A DNA stretch of 64,000 bases from an uncultured Actinomycetota bacterium (GTDB lineage Bacteria > Actinomycetota > Actinomycetes > Mycobacteriales > Mycobacteriaceae): the NCBI GenBank assembly GCA_963786695.1, contig CAWBAL010000005.1, positions 17,304 through 81,303 of the forward strand, read 5' to 3'. The notes under the pieces are model-generated. The model did no database searches. It had not been told where the DNA came from and worked only from the letters and a program-made list of their open reading frames with translations. Positions 32,049-44,404 of the stretch are shown piece after piece (within the stretch, counting starts at the first letter, position 1; the number at the start of each line of letters is the position of its first letter). A program made the translations under genes and the position numbers.

Positions 32049-32761
32049 TTGAGCGTCCAGGTCACGGCCATGCACATGAGTGACGGACTGGTCAACGCTC
32101 CCACCTCGGTGATGTTCGGTGCCCTCGCGATCGCCGCAGTGGCATTCTGCGCCTGGAAGGCGCGGGCAGAGCTCGACGAACGCACGGTTCCGTTAGCCGG
32201 GCTCGTCGCCGCCTTCATCTTCGCGGTGCAGATGATCAACTTCCCGATCCTGCCCGGCGTCAGCGGACATCTGCTCGGCGGCGCATTCGCCGCGATCCTG
32301 GTCGGCCCCTACACCGGCGTGCTGTGCATCGCGATCGTCCTGGTGGTGCAGTCGCTGCTGTTCGCCGACGGCGGGGTGACCGCACTCGGAATGAACATCA
32401 CCAACATGGCGCTGATCGGGGTGGCGGCCGGCTACTCGACGGCCGTGGCGCTTGTACGCGCTGGTTCGACGGCGACGCCTCGAACGATCCGTTCCCGCGC
32501 TGGGAGTCGTCGGATTCATCTGCCGCGGTGGTCGGAACTGTTTGCGCATCAATGGGATTCGTCATCGAGTATGCGATCGGCGGGTGCCGCGCCGACGTCG
32601 CTGAGCACCGTGGCGGCCTACATGCTCGGCACCCACGTGCTCATCGGTATCGGGGAGGGTCTGATCACCGCGGTGACGGTGATGGCCGTGGCCCGGTCGC
32701 GGCCCGACCTGGTCTACCTGCTGCGCCGCAGCCGCGACCGAGACGGCGGTGCGCGGCATGA
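32049..32761 (+). CDS. cbiM: ECF Co/Ni transporter S-component (frameshifts in 3' half)
   Basis: MHMSDG, FAVQMINFP, SGHLLGG, LFADGG, HVLIGIGEG. Confidence 0.9.
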
Positions 32762-33120
32762 GCGACCGCGCTGAGGCGGCACTGGCGGTTCTGGGCCGGC
32801 TTCGCCGTCGCCGTCCTCCTCGATCGCCGGGGTGGTGTCCTACTTCGCCAGCTCGAGCCCCGACGGACTGGATTCGGCAACGCTTGCAGGGATGCCAGGT
32901 CGTCGAGACCGCCCAGCGGCGAACAACTGACCGGCAACTGCATCGCCCAGCACGCGACCGAGCACGCCATGTCGGTGTCGCCGCTCGCGGACTACACCGT
33001 GTTCGGGCAACCCGGCAAGCGTCGGGCTGGCCGGAATCATCGGCGCTGTCGTCGTGCTTGCCGTCGCGGGCGGGGCGTTCTGGTTGATCGCCCGCAGTCG
33101 CCGCATCGAAGGAGCTGAGG
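32758..33120 (+). CDS. PDGLE-domain CbiN/NikN-like accessory membrane protein (multiple frameshifts, end approximate)
   Basis: Pieces SYFASSSPDGLDS, LQGCQVVETA, LTGNCIAQHA, SPLADY, LAGIIGAVVVLAVAGG spread over several frames. Confidence 0.75.
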
Positions 33121-33122
33121 AC

Positions 33123-33906
33123 GTGGGTGCGGGGCACTCGCATCCGCTGTACCGCGACGGGAATTCGGTGGTGCACCGCGCGCCCGCGGAGGTGAAGATC
33201 GTCGCACTGGTGGTGTTCGTTCTCGCGGTGGTGGCCACACCGCGGGAGATGATCTGGCCGTTCGCGGTCTACGCCGTGATCGTGCTGGTGGTCTGGCGGG
33301 TGGCGCGGATTCCGCTGCGGTGGATCCTGCCGCGGATGCTGATCGAGGCGCCGTTCATCGTGCTCGCGGTGCTGCTGCCGTTCGCCGAGGGCGGCGCAGC
33401 GGGTCGAGGTCGCGGGCCTGCACCTGTCGGTGACCGGGCTGTGGGCGGCCTGGGGGATCGTCGTCAAGGGCACGCTCGGCGTGGCCGGCGTCGCTGACCG
33501 TCGCGGCGACCACCTCGGCGCGGGAGTTGCCGCTGGCGCTGAGCCGGCTCGGCGTGCCCGGTCTGGTGACCTCGATGCTCGTGCTGATGATCCGCTACAT
33601 CGACCTGCTGTCGGCCGAGGTCGAGCCGGATGCGGATGGCGCGGATCTCCCGCGGCGACTCGCCGCGCGCACTGCATCAGGTCGGTGCGATCGCGAAAGG
33701 TGTTGGCGCGCTGTTCCTTCGCTCCTACGAGCGGGGCGAGCGGGTGTACCTGGCGATGACCTCTCGCGGCTTCGACGGCAAGGTCCCGGAGTTGGCGATC
33801 GTCGGTGCCGGACCACGGCGCACTGCGCGCGCAGTGGGTCGTCGCGCTGACGCCCGCGGTGGCGGCGGTCGCTGGTGGCGGCGCTCGGCGTGGGTGACTG
33901 CGATGA
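33123..33906 (+). CDS. cbiQ: ECF transporter T-component (frameshifts)
   Basis: GAGHSHPLY...VHRAPAEVK, LMIRY, LFLRSYERGERVYLAMTSRGF. Confidence 0.88.
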
Positions 33907-34646
33907 CCGCGCCCGCGGTCCGCGTCGAGGGCCTGCGCTACGCCTATCCGGACGGCCGGATCGCGCTCGACGGTGTCGACCTGAGCATCGCCCCCGGTGA
34001 GCGGGTCGCCATGCTCGGCCCCAACGGGGCGGGCAAGACCACCCTGATGCTGCACCTCAACGGCGTGCTGACGGCCACGCTCGGGCACCGTCGAGATCAG
34101 CGGAATACCGTTGGTCGCGCAAGACTCTTCGCGATATCCGGCGCCGGGTCGGGCTGGTGTTCCAGGACCCCGACGACCAGTTGTTCATGCCGACGCGTCG
34201 CCCAGGACGTCGCCTTCGGTCCGGCGAACTTCGGTGTCACCGGCGACGAGCTGGCCGCCCGGGTCAGCGCGTGCGCTGGACATCGTGTCGATGACCGAGC
34301 ACGCCGACCGTAGCCCGGCGCACCTGTCCGGTGGCCAGCGCAGACGTGCTGCGCTGGCCACGGTCCTGGCGTGCGAGCCGGAGATTCTGGTGCTCGACGA
34401 GCCGTCGGCCAACCTCGACCCGGTCGCCCGCCGCGAACTGGCCGAGACGCTGGCCACGCTGCCCGCCACCATGATCATCGTCACCCACGACCTGCCCTAT
34501 GCCGCGCAGTTGTGCGACCGGGCCGTGGTCATGGACGACGGCGTGGTCGTCGCCGACGACACCGTCACCGCGGTGCTTTCCGACAGCGAGCTGCTGGCCG
34601 CCCACCGGCTGGAACTGCCCTGGGGCTTCGTCGTCCCGCGCGCTGA
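33903..34646 (+). CDS. cbiO: ECF transporter ATPase (frameshifts; end approximate)
   Basis: [39 protein letters not shown]. Confidence 0.9.
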
Positions 34647-34648
34647 TC

Positions 34649-34711
34649 CTCGCGAGCTGGCGCAAAATCGCACGAATTACGCATTTGCGTGCGATTTCGA
34701 CTGCTCGCGAG
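34649..34711. repeat. Palindromic REP-like element between convergent cbiO and mtr
   Basis: CTCGCGAGC...AAATCGCACG / CGTGCGATTT...GCTCGCGAG. Confidence 0.75.
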
Positions 34712-34716
34712 AAACG

Positions 34717-36137
34717 CTAGTGCCGCTTGGCGGGCGGCCAGGCCGGCTCGCCGCACAGCGCCAGTAGCGCGTTCTCGATCACCTCGGGCAGCGCCGGGTG
34801 AATCCAGTACTGGCCGCGGGCCATGTCCTGGCCGGCCAGGCCGAAGCTCATCGCCTGGATCAGCGGCTGGATCAACGACGACGCCTGGTGCCCCATGATG
34901 TGCGCGCCCAGGATCGTGCCGGTGTCGCGCTTCGACGATCATCTTGGCGAACCCGGTGGTGTCCTCCATCGCCCAGCCGTAGGCCACGTCGCCGAAGTCC
35001 TGGATCTTGACCTTGATGTCGTAACCGGCTGCGCGGGCCTCGTTCTCGGTCAGGCCCACGCATGGCGATCTGCGGGTCGGTGAACACCGCCGAGGGCACG
35101 AAGCGGTGATCGGACGGCATCAGCGCCTCGGTGTCGTCCCAGTCCTGCAGCAGGTTGTGCCGACCACCCGGGCCTCGTGGTTGGCGACGTGCTTGAGCTG
35201 ATACTGCGAGGACACGTCGCCGAGCGCGAAAATGCCTCGCGCCGTTGTCCTCTGGTACTCGTCGACCACCACCCGGCCGTCTGTCGATCTCCACGCCCGA
35301 CCGACTCCGGCGTCCAGCAGGTCGCCGTTGGGGATCCGGCCGGTGGCCACCAGCACCGCGTCGGCCTGCACCGTCGAGCCGTCGTCGAGTTCGACGACGA
35401 TCTGCGACGCCGTCGCGATGCGCGCCGACCATGTTGCGGTGACTGCGGATCTCCCACTTCTTGCCGGCGATGTCGGTGAACCGCTCGCAGATGGTGTCGT
35501 CGCAGTGCGACAGCATCGCGCCACCGCGGATCACCAGCGTGACCCGGCAGCCCAACGACGGAGAACACGTGCGCGAACTCGGCGGCGACGAACCCGCCGC
35601 CGACGATCACCAGATGCTCGGGCAGTTCGGCGATCCGCATGATGGTGTCGCTGGTGTGGAAGTCGACCCCGCAGCCGGCGATCGCCGTCGGGAACCATCG
35701 CCCGCGCCCCGGCGGCGATGACCACCTGCTCGGCGGTGAACTCGTCGCCGTTCTCGGTGCGCAGCCGGTAGCCGTTCGTCGGCGCGGCCCGGCGAAGCGT
35801 GGTGTGGCTGTCGTACACCGTGACGTTGGGCGAGGAGCGCCGGTAGTGCTCACCGCCCGCCGCCAGCGGGTCGATGCGGCCGAACACCCGCGAGACGATG
35901 TCGCTCCAGCGCACCCCGTCGATGTGGGCGTCGACCCCGAAGCGGGCCGCCTCGCGCACGGTCTGGGCCACCTCGGCGGCGTAGACGAACATCTTGGTCG
36001 GGATGCAGCCGACGTTCAGGCAGGTGCCGCCGAAGACGCCCTGCTCGCAGATCGCGACCTTCTTGTCGGCGTAGCGCTCGTCGAGAATCGCTGTTGCCCG
36101 AACCGGTTCCGATGATCGCGATGTCGAAGTGCTCCAC
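34717..36137 (-). CDS. mtr: Mycothione reductase (many frameshifts)
   Basis: [64 protein letters not shown]. Confidence 0.93.
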
Positions 36138-36146
36138 GAAATCCCC

Positions 36147-37168
36147 TTATCCTCGCCCTGCGGCGGATGCTTCGAGATGGGCGAGATAGAAGTCCAGCCA
36201 GTCGGCCAGTTCGCGGTAGGCCGCCGCCCGCGGTTCGGCCAGCGACAGGAACACGTCGTGCTTGGCGTCGCGGATCGGCACGACGGTGCGTGCGGTTGCC
36301 GATGCAGCCGGCCCACCGGGCGATCTGGCGTGACGTCGAGCACGGCGTCGCCGCGCTGCATGGTGTCCGGGTCGGTGGTCTCCGGCACGCTGTGATCCGA
36401 GCGCAGGATCAGGTTCGGCACGCCCGACGTCCAGCCCGCGGTGCAGCGTGGCCTGACCCCGCCGGATGGCGTGGATCCAGCCGAACGTCACCGGGAAGCC
36501 GCCCAGCGGCTTCCACTGCAGGTTGTACTCGAACTCGCCGTGGTACTCGCGGTGCAGGGTCAGCCCGTAGCCGCCCTTGCCGGTGCCGCGCACCACCGAG
36601 GTCTTGCGCACCCGCGACAGCGCCCCGATCGCCGTGGACGTCAGCCGGGTCCGCAGGATCGCCGGGCCGTGCAGATCCAGCCACGGGCTGTTGAGCACCA
36701 GGCCCGCCAGGGACAGCGCCGCCGTCGCCCGGCGCCGGCGCACGCGGTCCAGCCACAGCGCCACGATCAGCCCGCCCGCCGAATGTCCGTACACCAGCAC
36801 CCGGGTGCCGGGGTTCTCGGCGGTGATGATCGCCAGTCGCACGCTCCAGCTCGCGGTCGTAGCGGGCCAGGTCGGTGGTGAAGTGCGGGGTCTGGCCGTC
36901 GCGCCAGGAGCGGCCGCACTTGTGCTGGTCCAGCGCGTAGAAGCCGAACCCGTGGGCGGTGAAGTGGTCGGCGAACTCGGTGTTGAAGAAGTAGTCGGTG
37001 AAACCGTGCACCGCGAGCACGGTGTGCGCGGCCGGGAGCCGAGTCGCTGCGGCGCACCAGGGTGGCGAACAGGTCGCCCTCGCCGTCGGGGTCTGCCCCG
37101 AGCGTCAGGCTGGTCTGCTGGTAGCCGGGAAGGACGTCATCAGCCCATTCGGCCCGCGCTGCCGTCAC
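36147..37168 (-). CDS. Alpha/beta hydrolase (lysophospholipase-like, Rv2854-like; frameshifts)
   Basis: VHGFTDYFF, GHSAGG, LNSPW, AKHDVFLS. Confidence 0.88.
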
Positions 37169-37280
37169 AAGGCTCACCTTAACCGTGGTGTGGTGCTGGT
37201 GACTCGACCGAATAGATCCGGGTGGCTCGGGATAACCTGGCATCTACGTACAGCTGTCACAAGAAAAGGACGACGGACCG

Positions 37281-38848
37281 GTGTCAGATATCAGCCAAGA
37301 CCGATGTCGTGCTGGTCGGGGCGGGAATCATGAGCGCCACACTCGGCGCCCTGCTGCGGCTAGTCGAACCCGATTGGTCCATCACTCTCGTGGAACGCCT
37401 CGACGCCGCCGCCGCCGAGAGCAGCGATCCCTGGAACAACGCGGGCACCGGGCACTCCGCGCTGTGCGAGCTCAACTACACCCCCGAGGGCCCCGACGGC
37501 AGCATCGAGATCGCCAAGGCGGTCAACGTCAACGAGCAGTTCCAGGTCACCCGCCAGTTCTGGGCCTACGCCCACGAGCACGGCATCCTGCCCGACGTCC
37601 GCAGCTTCCTGAACCCCATCCCGCACGTCAGCTTCGTGCAGGGCGCCGAGAACGTCGACTACCTGCGCCGCCGCCGCGACACCCTGGTGCGCAATCCGCT
37701 GTTCGCCAACATGGAGTTCATCGACGGCGCCGACGAGTTCGCCCGCCGGCTGCCGCTGATGGCCGAGGGTCGCGACTTCACCGACCCGGTCGGGCTGAAC
37801 TGGAGCCAGGACGGCACCGACGTCGACTTCGGCTCGCTGTCGCGCCAACTGCTCGGCTACGGCGCCGAACGCGGAATGACCACCATGTTCGGCCACGAGG
37901 TACGCGACCTGCGCAAGGAGTCCGACGGCAGCTGGACGGTCAAGATCGTCAACCGCCGCACCGGCGAGAAGCGCAAGCTGCACGCCAAGTTCGTCTTCGT
38001 CGGCGCGGGCGGCGGCGCGCTGCCGCTGCTGCAGAAGTCGGGCATGGAGGAGGCCAAGGGCTTCGGCGGCTTCCCGGTCAGCGGCGAGTGGCTGCGCACC
38101 AACAACCCGAATCTGACCGGCGCCCACCACGCCAAGGTGTACGGCCTGCCGCCGCTGGGCGCCCCGCCGATGTCGATGCCGCACCTGGACACCCGAGTGA
38201 TCAACGGGCAGGGACTGGCTGCTGTTCGGCCCGTTCGCCGGCTGGTCGCCGAAGTTCCTCAAGGCCGGCAAGGTCACCGACCTGCCGCTGTCGGTCAAGC
38301 CGAACAACCTCGCCTCGATGATCGGCGTCGGGCTCACCGAGTTGCCGCTGCTGAAGTACCTGATCGGCGAGCTGCTGCAGTCGCGAGGCGGACCGCGTCG
38401 ACACCCTCCGCGAAGTTCGCCCCGACGGCACAGAGTCAGGACTGGGAGCTCGACATCGCCGGGCAGCGGGTGCAGGTGATCCGCCGCGACAAGAAGAAGC
38501 TGCGGTGTGCTCGAGTTCGGCACCACCGTGCTCGCCGCCGCCGACGGGTCCATCGCCGGCCTGCTCGGCGCCTCACCGGGCGCCTCGACCGCGGTGCCGG
38601 CGATGCTCGACGTGATGCAGCGCTGCTTCCCCGACCGCTACCGCGGCTGGCAGCCCAAGCTCAGGGAGATGGTGCCGTCGCTGGGCGTGAAGCTCTCGGA
38701 GAACCCGGAGCTGTTCGACGAGGTCTGGGACGCACGGCACCAAGGTGCTCGGCCTGGCCAGTGGCGCCGACGCCGGCCGCGCCGGCAGGCCGTCGGCCCC
38801 GATTCCACCCCGGCCACCGGTGACCCGGAGCCGGCAGGGGTGGTGTGA
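37281..38848 (+). CDS. mqo: Malate:quinone oxidoreductase (several frameshifts)
   Basis: [62 protein letters not shown]. Confidence 0.95.
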
Positions 38849-39321
38849 CGGTCGCACTGCGCCGCTCCTGGGCCAAGGACCTCGACGCGGCCACGCTCTA
38901 CGAGCTGCTCAAGCTGCGGGTCGAGGTGTTCGTGGTCGAGCAGGCCTGCCCGTATCCCGAACTCGACGGACGTGACCTGCTGGCCGAGACCCGCCACTTC
39001 TGGCTCGAGCAGCCCGACGGCAAGGTGATCTCGACGCTGCGGCTGATGGAGGAGCACGCCGGCGGGGAGAAGGCCTTCCGCATCGGACGGGTGTGCACCG
39101 GCCGCGCGGCCCGCGGCCAGGGCCACACCACCCGGCTGATGCAGGCCGCGCTGGCCGACGTCGGCGATCACCCGTGCCGGATCAACGCCCAGACCTACCT
39201 CGCCGAGATGTACGCCCACCACGGTTTCGTCGTCGACGGCGACGAGTTCGTCGAGGACGGCATCCCGCACGTGCCGATGCTGCGCGGCGGAGCCGCCGGG
39301 CCGGCGACAGGGGGCCGGTGA
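38845..39321 (+). CDS. ElaA-like GNAT acetyltransferase (Rv2851c-like)
   Basis: [36 protein letters not shown]. Confidence 0.9.
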   Translation: MTVALRRSWAKDLDAATLYELLKLRVEVFVVEQACPYPELDGRDLLAETRHFWLEQPDGKVISTLRLMEEHAGGEKAFRIGRVCTGRAARGQGHTTRLMQAALADVGDHPCRINAQTYLAEMYAHHGFVVDGDEFVEDGIPHVPMLRGGAAGPATGGR

Positions 39322-41141
39322 GCACGCCCGCCTATCCGTTCAGCGCGATCGTCGGCCACGACCGGTTGCGACTCGCGCTGGTGCTGTGCGCGGTGCGCCC
39401 CGAGATCGGCGGGGTGCTGATCCGCGGCGAGAAGGGCACCGCGAAGTCGACGGCCGTGCGGGCGCTGGCCGCGGTGCTCGCCGATGTCGACCCGGGCTCG
39501 CGACTGGTGGAGCTGCCGATCGGCGCCACCGAGGACCGGGTGGTCGGCTCGCTGGATCTGCAGAAGGTGCTGCGCGACGGCGAGCACGCCTTCTCCCCGG
39601 GCCTGCTGGCCCGCGCCCACGGCGGCGTGCTCTACGTCGACGAGGTCAACCTGCTGCACGACCACCTCGTCGACATCATGCTCGACGCCGCCGCGATGGG
39701 CCGGGTGCACATCGAGCGCGACGGGGTGTCGCACTCCCACGACGCCCGGTTCGTGTTGATCGGCACCATGAATCCCGAAGAGGGCGAACTGCGCCCGCAG
39801 TTGCTCGACCGGTTCGGGCTGACCGTCGACGTGCACGCCTCCCGCGACGTGCCGCGTGCGCAGCGAGGTGATCCGCCAGCGGCTGGCCTACGAGGCCGAC
39901 CCGGGCGGATTCGCCGCGCGCTACGCCGAGCAGGACCGCGACCTGGCACGGCGGATCGCCGCGGCCCGCGCGCGGGTCGGCGAGGTGACGCTGCCGGACG
40001 CCGAGGTGAACCGCATCGCCGCGCTGTGCGCGGCGTTCGACGTCGACGGCATGCGCGCGGATCTGGTGCTGGCCCGCACCGCCGTGGCCCACGCGGCGTG
40101 GCGCGGCGCGGATACCGTTGCCGAAGAAGACATTCGGGTGGCCGCCGAACTGGCGCTGCCGCACCGGCGTCGCCGCGACCCGTTCGACGATCCGGGCATC
40201 GACCCGGCCCAGCTCGACGAAGCGCTGGCCGCCACCGCCGACGGCGGTCCCGAGCCGGAGCCCGAACCCGACCCGCCCGGCGGCGGCCAGCCGACCGACG
40301 GTGACTCGGGACAGTCTGCGCCGCAACAGAATTCGTCGTCCAGTACCGCGTCCGTCCGCCCCGCCCGCGCCGAGCTTCCGCACCCGGGCGCTCACCGTGC
40401 CCGGCGTCGGCGAGGGCACCCCGGGCCGCCGGTCGCGCGCCCGCAACCGATCCGGTGCCGTCGTCACCGCCACCGACGATCCCGAGGCCGGCCACGGCCT
40501 GCACCTGTTCGCGACCGTGCTCGCTGCCGCGGGTAACGGCAGGCTGTCGTCCGGACGCCGACGACATCCGCCGAGCGGTGCGCGTCGGCCGGGAGGGCAA
40601 CCTGGTGATCTTCGTCGTCGACGCCTCCGGGTCGATGGCGGCCCGCGACCGCATGTCCGCGGTCACCGGAGCTGCGCTGTCCCTGCTGCGCGACGCCTAT
40701 CAGCGCCGGGACAAGGTCGCGGTCGTCACCTTCCGCGGCGACGACGCCCGCGTGCTGCTGCCGCCGACCACGTCGGCGCACATCGCCTCGCGGCGGCTGA
40801 CCCGCTTCGACACCGGCGGCACCACGCCGCTGGCCAAGGGACTGCTGGCCGCCCGTGACCTCGTGGTGCGCGAACGGGTGCGCGACCGCACGCGTCGCGC
40901 GCTGGTGGTGGTGCTCACCGACGGCCGCGCCACCGGTGGCCCGGACCCGTTGGGGCGCAGTCGCTCCGCGGCTGGACTGCTGGTGGCCGAAGGTGCGGCC
41001 GCGGTGGTGGTGGACTGCGAGACGTCCTACGTCCGGCTGGGCCTTGCCGGTGAACTGGCGCAGCAGCTCAAAGCCCCGGTACTGCGGCTCGAGCAGTTGC
41101 GCGCAGACTATTTGGCGCGGGCCGTACGCAGCGCCGCCTGA
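39318..41141 (+). CDS. ChlI/ChlD-like AAA+ and vWA chelatase subunit (Rv2850c-like, probable cobaltochelatase partner; frameshifts)
   Basis: [43 protein letters not shown]; vWA VDASGSM, TPLA, LTDGRA. Confidence 0.9.
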
Positions 41142-41170
41142 ACCCGTCTGAGCCGGAAAGGGGATCGTCG

Positions 41171-41783
41171 ATGCCGCAGGGGCGTCCGCTCGTCGTGCCC
41201 GACGACGGCCTGACCACCAGAGCCCGGCGCAACGCCCCGGTGCTCGCCGTGCACACCGGTGCGGGCAAGGGCAAGTCCACGGCCGCGTTCGGAATGGCGT
41301 TGCGGGCCTGGAACGCCGGGATGAGCGTGGCGGTCTTCCAGTTCGTCAAGAGCGCCAAGTGGAAGGTCGGCGAGGAGTCGGCGTTCGCGGCGCTGGGCCG
41401 GCTGCACGACGAGACCGGCGCGGGCGGGCAGGTGGAGTGGCACAAGATGGGGTCGGGCTGGTCCTGGTCCCGCAAGACCGGTTCGCGACGACGACCACGC
41501 CGCGGCCGCCGCCGACGGCTGGGCCGAGATCGCCCGCCGGATCGGCGAACAACGCCACGACTTCTACGTCCTCGACGAGTTCACCTACCCGCTGAAGTGG
41601 GGCTGGGTCGCCGTCGACGACGTGGTCGAGGTGCTGCGCTCGCGGCCGAGCGGCCACGTCGTGATCACCGGACGCGACGCACCGCAGCAGCTGCTCGATG
41701 CCGCCGATCTGGTGACCGAGATGACCAAGGTCAAGCATCCGATGGACGCCGGCCGCAAGGGTCAGCGCGGCATCGAATGGTGA
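41171..41783 (+). CDS. cobO: Cob(I)yrinic acid a,c-diamide adenosyltransferase (frameshift near 41485)
   Basis: HTGAGKGKSTAAFG, QFVKS; second frame LDEFTYPL...ITGR...ADLVTEM...GQRGIEW. Confidence 0.93.
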
Positions 41784-43161
41784 GCAGCGTACCGGCCCTG
41801 GTCATCGCCGCACCCGTCGTCGGGCAGCGGAAAGACCACCATCGCAACGGGTTTGATCGGTGCCCTGCGGCAGGCCGGTCACCGGGTGGCGCCGTTCAAG
41901 GTGGGACCGGACTTCATCGACCCCGGCTATCACGCGCTGGCCGCGGGCAGGCCCGGCCGCAACCTGGACCCCGTGCTGGTCTCCGAGGAGCTGATCGGGC
42001 CGCTGTACCGGCACGGCTCGCGGGACGCCGACATCGCCGTGGTCGAAGGCGTGATGGGCCTCTTCGACGGCCGCATCGACGACCAGGCGATCACCCCGGC
42101 GCGCGGGTCCACCGCCCAGGTCGCCGAACTTCTGGGCGCCCCGGTGGTCCTGGTGGTCGACGCCCGCGGCCAGAGCCAGAGCATCGGCGCTGTGCTGCAG
42201 GGGTTTTCGACCTTCCACAGCGGTGTGCACGTCGCCGGTGTGATCCTCAACCGGGTCGGCTCGCCACGCCACGAACAGGTGCTGCGCCAGGCCTGCGACG
42301 GCGCCGGGGTGCCGGTGCTGGGCGCGATCCCGCGCCACGACGAGCTGTCGGTGCCGTCGCGGCATCTGGGTCTGGTGACCGCCGTCGAGCACGGCGAGGC
42401 GGCGCACGCGGCGGTCGCGGCGATGACGGCGCTGATCGCCCGCCACGTCGACCTCGCCGCCGTGGTGGCGCTGGCCGGCTCGCGAGTCCAGGCGCCGAGC
42501 CGTGGGCGCCCGAGGACGCCGTGGGCGAACCCGTCCCGGGCGCCCCGGTCGTGGCGGTGGCCGCAGGCCGGGCGTTCAGCTTCGGCTACGCCGAGCACGC
42601 CGAGCTGCTGCGCGCCGCCGGCGCGCGAGGTCGTCGAGTTCGACCCGCTCGGCGCAGGGACTGCCCCCGCAGACCGCCGCGCTGGTGCTGCCGGGCGGAT
42701 TTCCCGAGCAGTACCTGACCGAACTGTCGGCCAACGCCGAGCTTCGCGCCCAGATCCGGGAACTGGCCCGGCAGGCCCCGGTGCAGGCCGAGTGCGGCGG
42801 CCTGGCCTACCTGATGACCGATCTGGACGGCCATCCGATGTGCGGGGTGCTGCCCGGCTCGGCCCGCTTCACCCCGCGGCTCACCCTGGGCTATCGCGAC
42901 GCGGTGGCCGTGGCCGACTCGTCGCTGTACCGGGCGGGGGAGCGGGTCGTCGGTCACGAATTCCACCGCACGACAGTCGAATTCGGCCGAGAGTGTGAGC
43001 CCGCCTGGGTGTTCCGCCGGGCCGGTGCCGAGCCGGTGCGCGACGGCGCGATCCGCGCCGGGGTGCACGCGTCGTATCTGCACACCCATGCCGCCGCCCA
43101 ACCGCGCGCGGTCGCTCGGTTTGTCAGCCATGCGGCCGCACTAACTAAAATCGCCCGGTGA
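41777..43161 (+). CDS. cobB: Cobyrinate a,c-diamide synthase (frameshifts)
   Basis: FKVGPDFIDP, EGVMGLFDG, PSRHLGL, PGGFPE, AECGGLAYL, GHEFH, ASYLH. Confidence 0.93.
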
Positions 43162-44371
43162 CCGAGAACGCCTACCTCGTCGGCCTGCGACTGGCCGGCA
43201 AGAAGGCCGTCGTGGTCGGCGGCGGGACGGTGGCGCAGCGGCGGGTGCCGATACTGCATCGGCGCCGGCGCCGACGTCCACGTCATCGCCCGGGCGGCGA
43301 CCCCCGCGGTGGAGGCGCTGGCCGATCAGGAGCCGGGCATCACCCTGCAGCTGCGCGACTATCGCGACGGTGACCTCGAGGGCGCCTGGTATGCCATCGC
43401 CGCCACCGACGATCCGGCCGTCAACGCCGCGGTCGTCGCCGAGGCGGAGAGCCGCCACATCTTCTGCGTGCGCGCCGACTCGGCCCGCGACGGCACCGCG
43501 GTCACACCCGCGTCGTTCGACCACGACGGGCTGCTGGTGGGTGTGCTGGCCGGCGGTGAGCACCGCCGCTCGGCGGCCATCCGCTCGGCCATCCGCGAAG
43601 CCTTCCAGCGGGGCGTGATCAACCCGGACACCTCCGATGTCATGCGGGGCGGTGTGCGCCCTGGTCGGCGGCGGGCCCGGGGACCCCGAGCTGATCACGG
43701 TGCGCGGCCGCCGTCTGCTGGCCAGGGCCGACGTCGTCGTCGCCGACCGGCTCGCACCTCCCGAACTGCTCGCCGAGCTCGGAGCCGCACGTCGAGGTCA
43801 TCGACGCCGCGAAGATCCCGTACGGCCGCGCGATGGCCCAGGACGCCATCAACGACGTCCTGATCGAACGGGCCCGCGCCGGGCAGTTCGTGGTCCGCCT
43901 CAAGGGTGGCGACCCGTTCGTGTTCGCCCGCGGCTACGAGGAGGTCCTCGCGTGCGCCGAGGCTGGGATTCCCGTCACAGTCGTGCCCGGTGTGACCAGC
44001 GCCATAAGCGTGCCGGCAATGGCCGGAGTTCCGGTCACCCATCGCGGCGTGAATCACGAGTTCGTGGTGGTCAGCGGCCATTTGGCACCCGACCATCCGG
44101 AATCGTTAGTGAATTGGAATGCGCTCGCCCAATTGTCCGGAACGTTAGTTCTGTTGATGGCCGTCGAACGCATCGAATTGTTCGCCGACGCGCTTGATCA
44201 AAGGCGGTAGACCTGCGCAAACGCCGGTTCTCGTGGTGCAACACGGCACGACGGCGGCAGAACGAATCGTGCACACGACTCTCGCTGACGCGCCGGGGCA
44301 GAATTCGCGCCGACGCCATTCGACCTCCGGCGATCATCGTGATCGGCCCGGTCGCGGCATTCGCGGCTTAA
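43158..44371 (+). CDS. cysG: Siroheme synthase / uroporphyrinogen-III C-methyltransferase (frameshifts)
   Basis: [53 protein letters not shown]. Confidence 0.92.
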
Positions 44372-44396
44372 GGTTCTCTTAAAATTACTGTAGGGT
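44367..44396 (+). promoter_or_regulatory. efpA leaderless promoter with an 11-bp-period direct repeat
   Basis: CTTAA-N6-CTTAA (44367-44382), then TAGGGT -10 eight nt before the ATG. Confidence 0.5.
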
Positions 44397-44404
44397 AGCC
44401 ATCT

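Noticed and set aside
33054-33497. In-frame PDGLE protein-CbiQ fusion
   Set aside because: Lies in the most error-dense zone, and cbiQ has its own GGAG plus GTG at 33123
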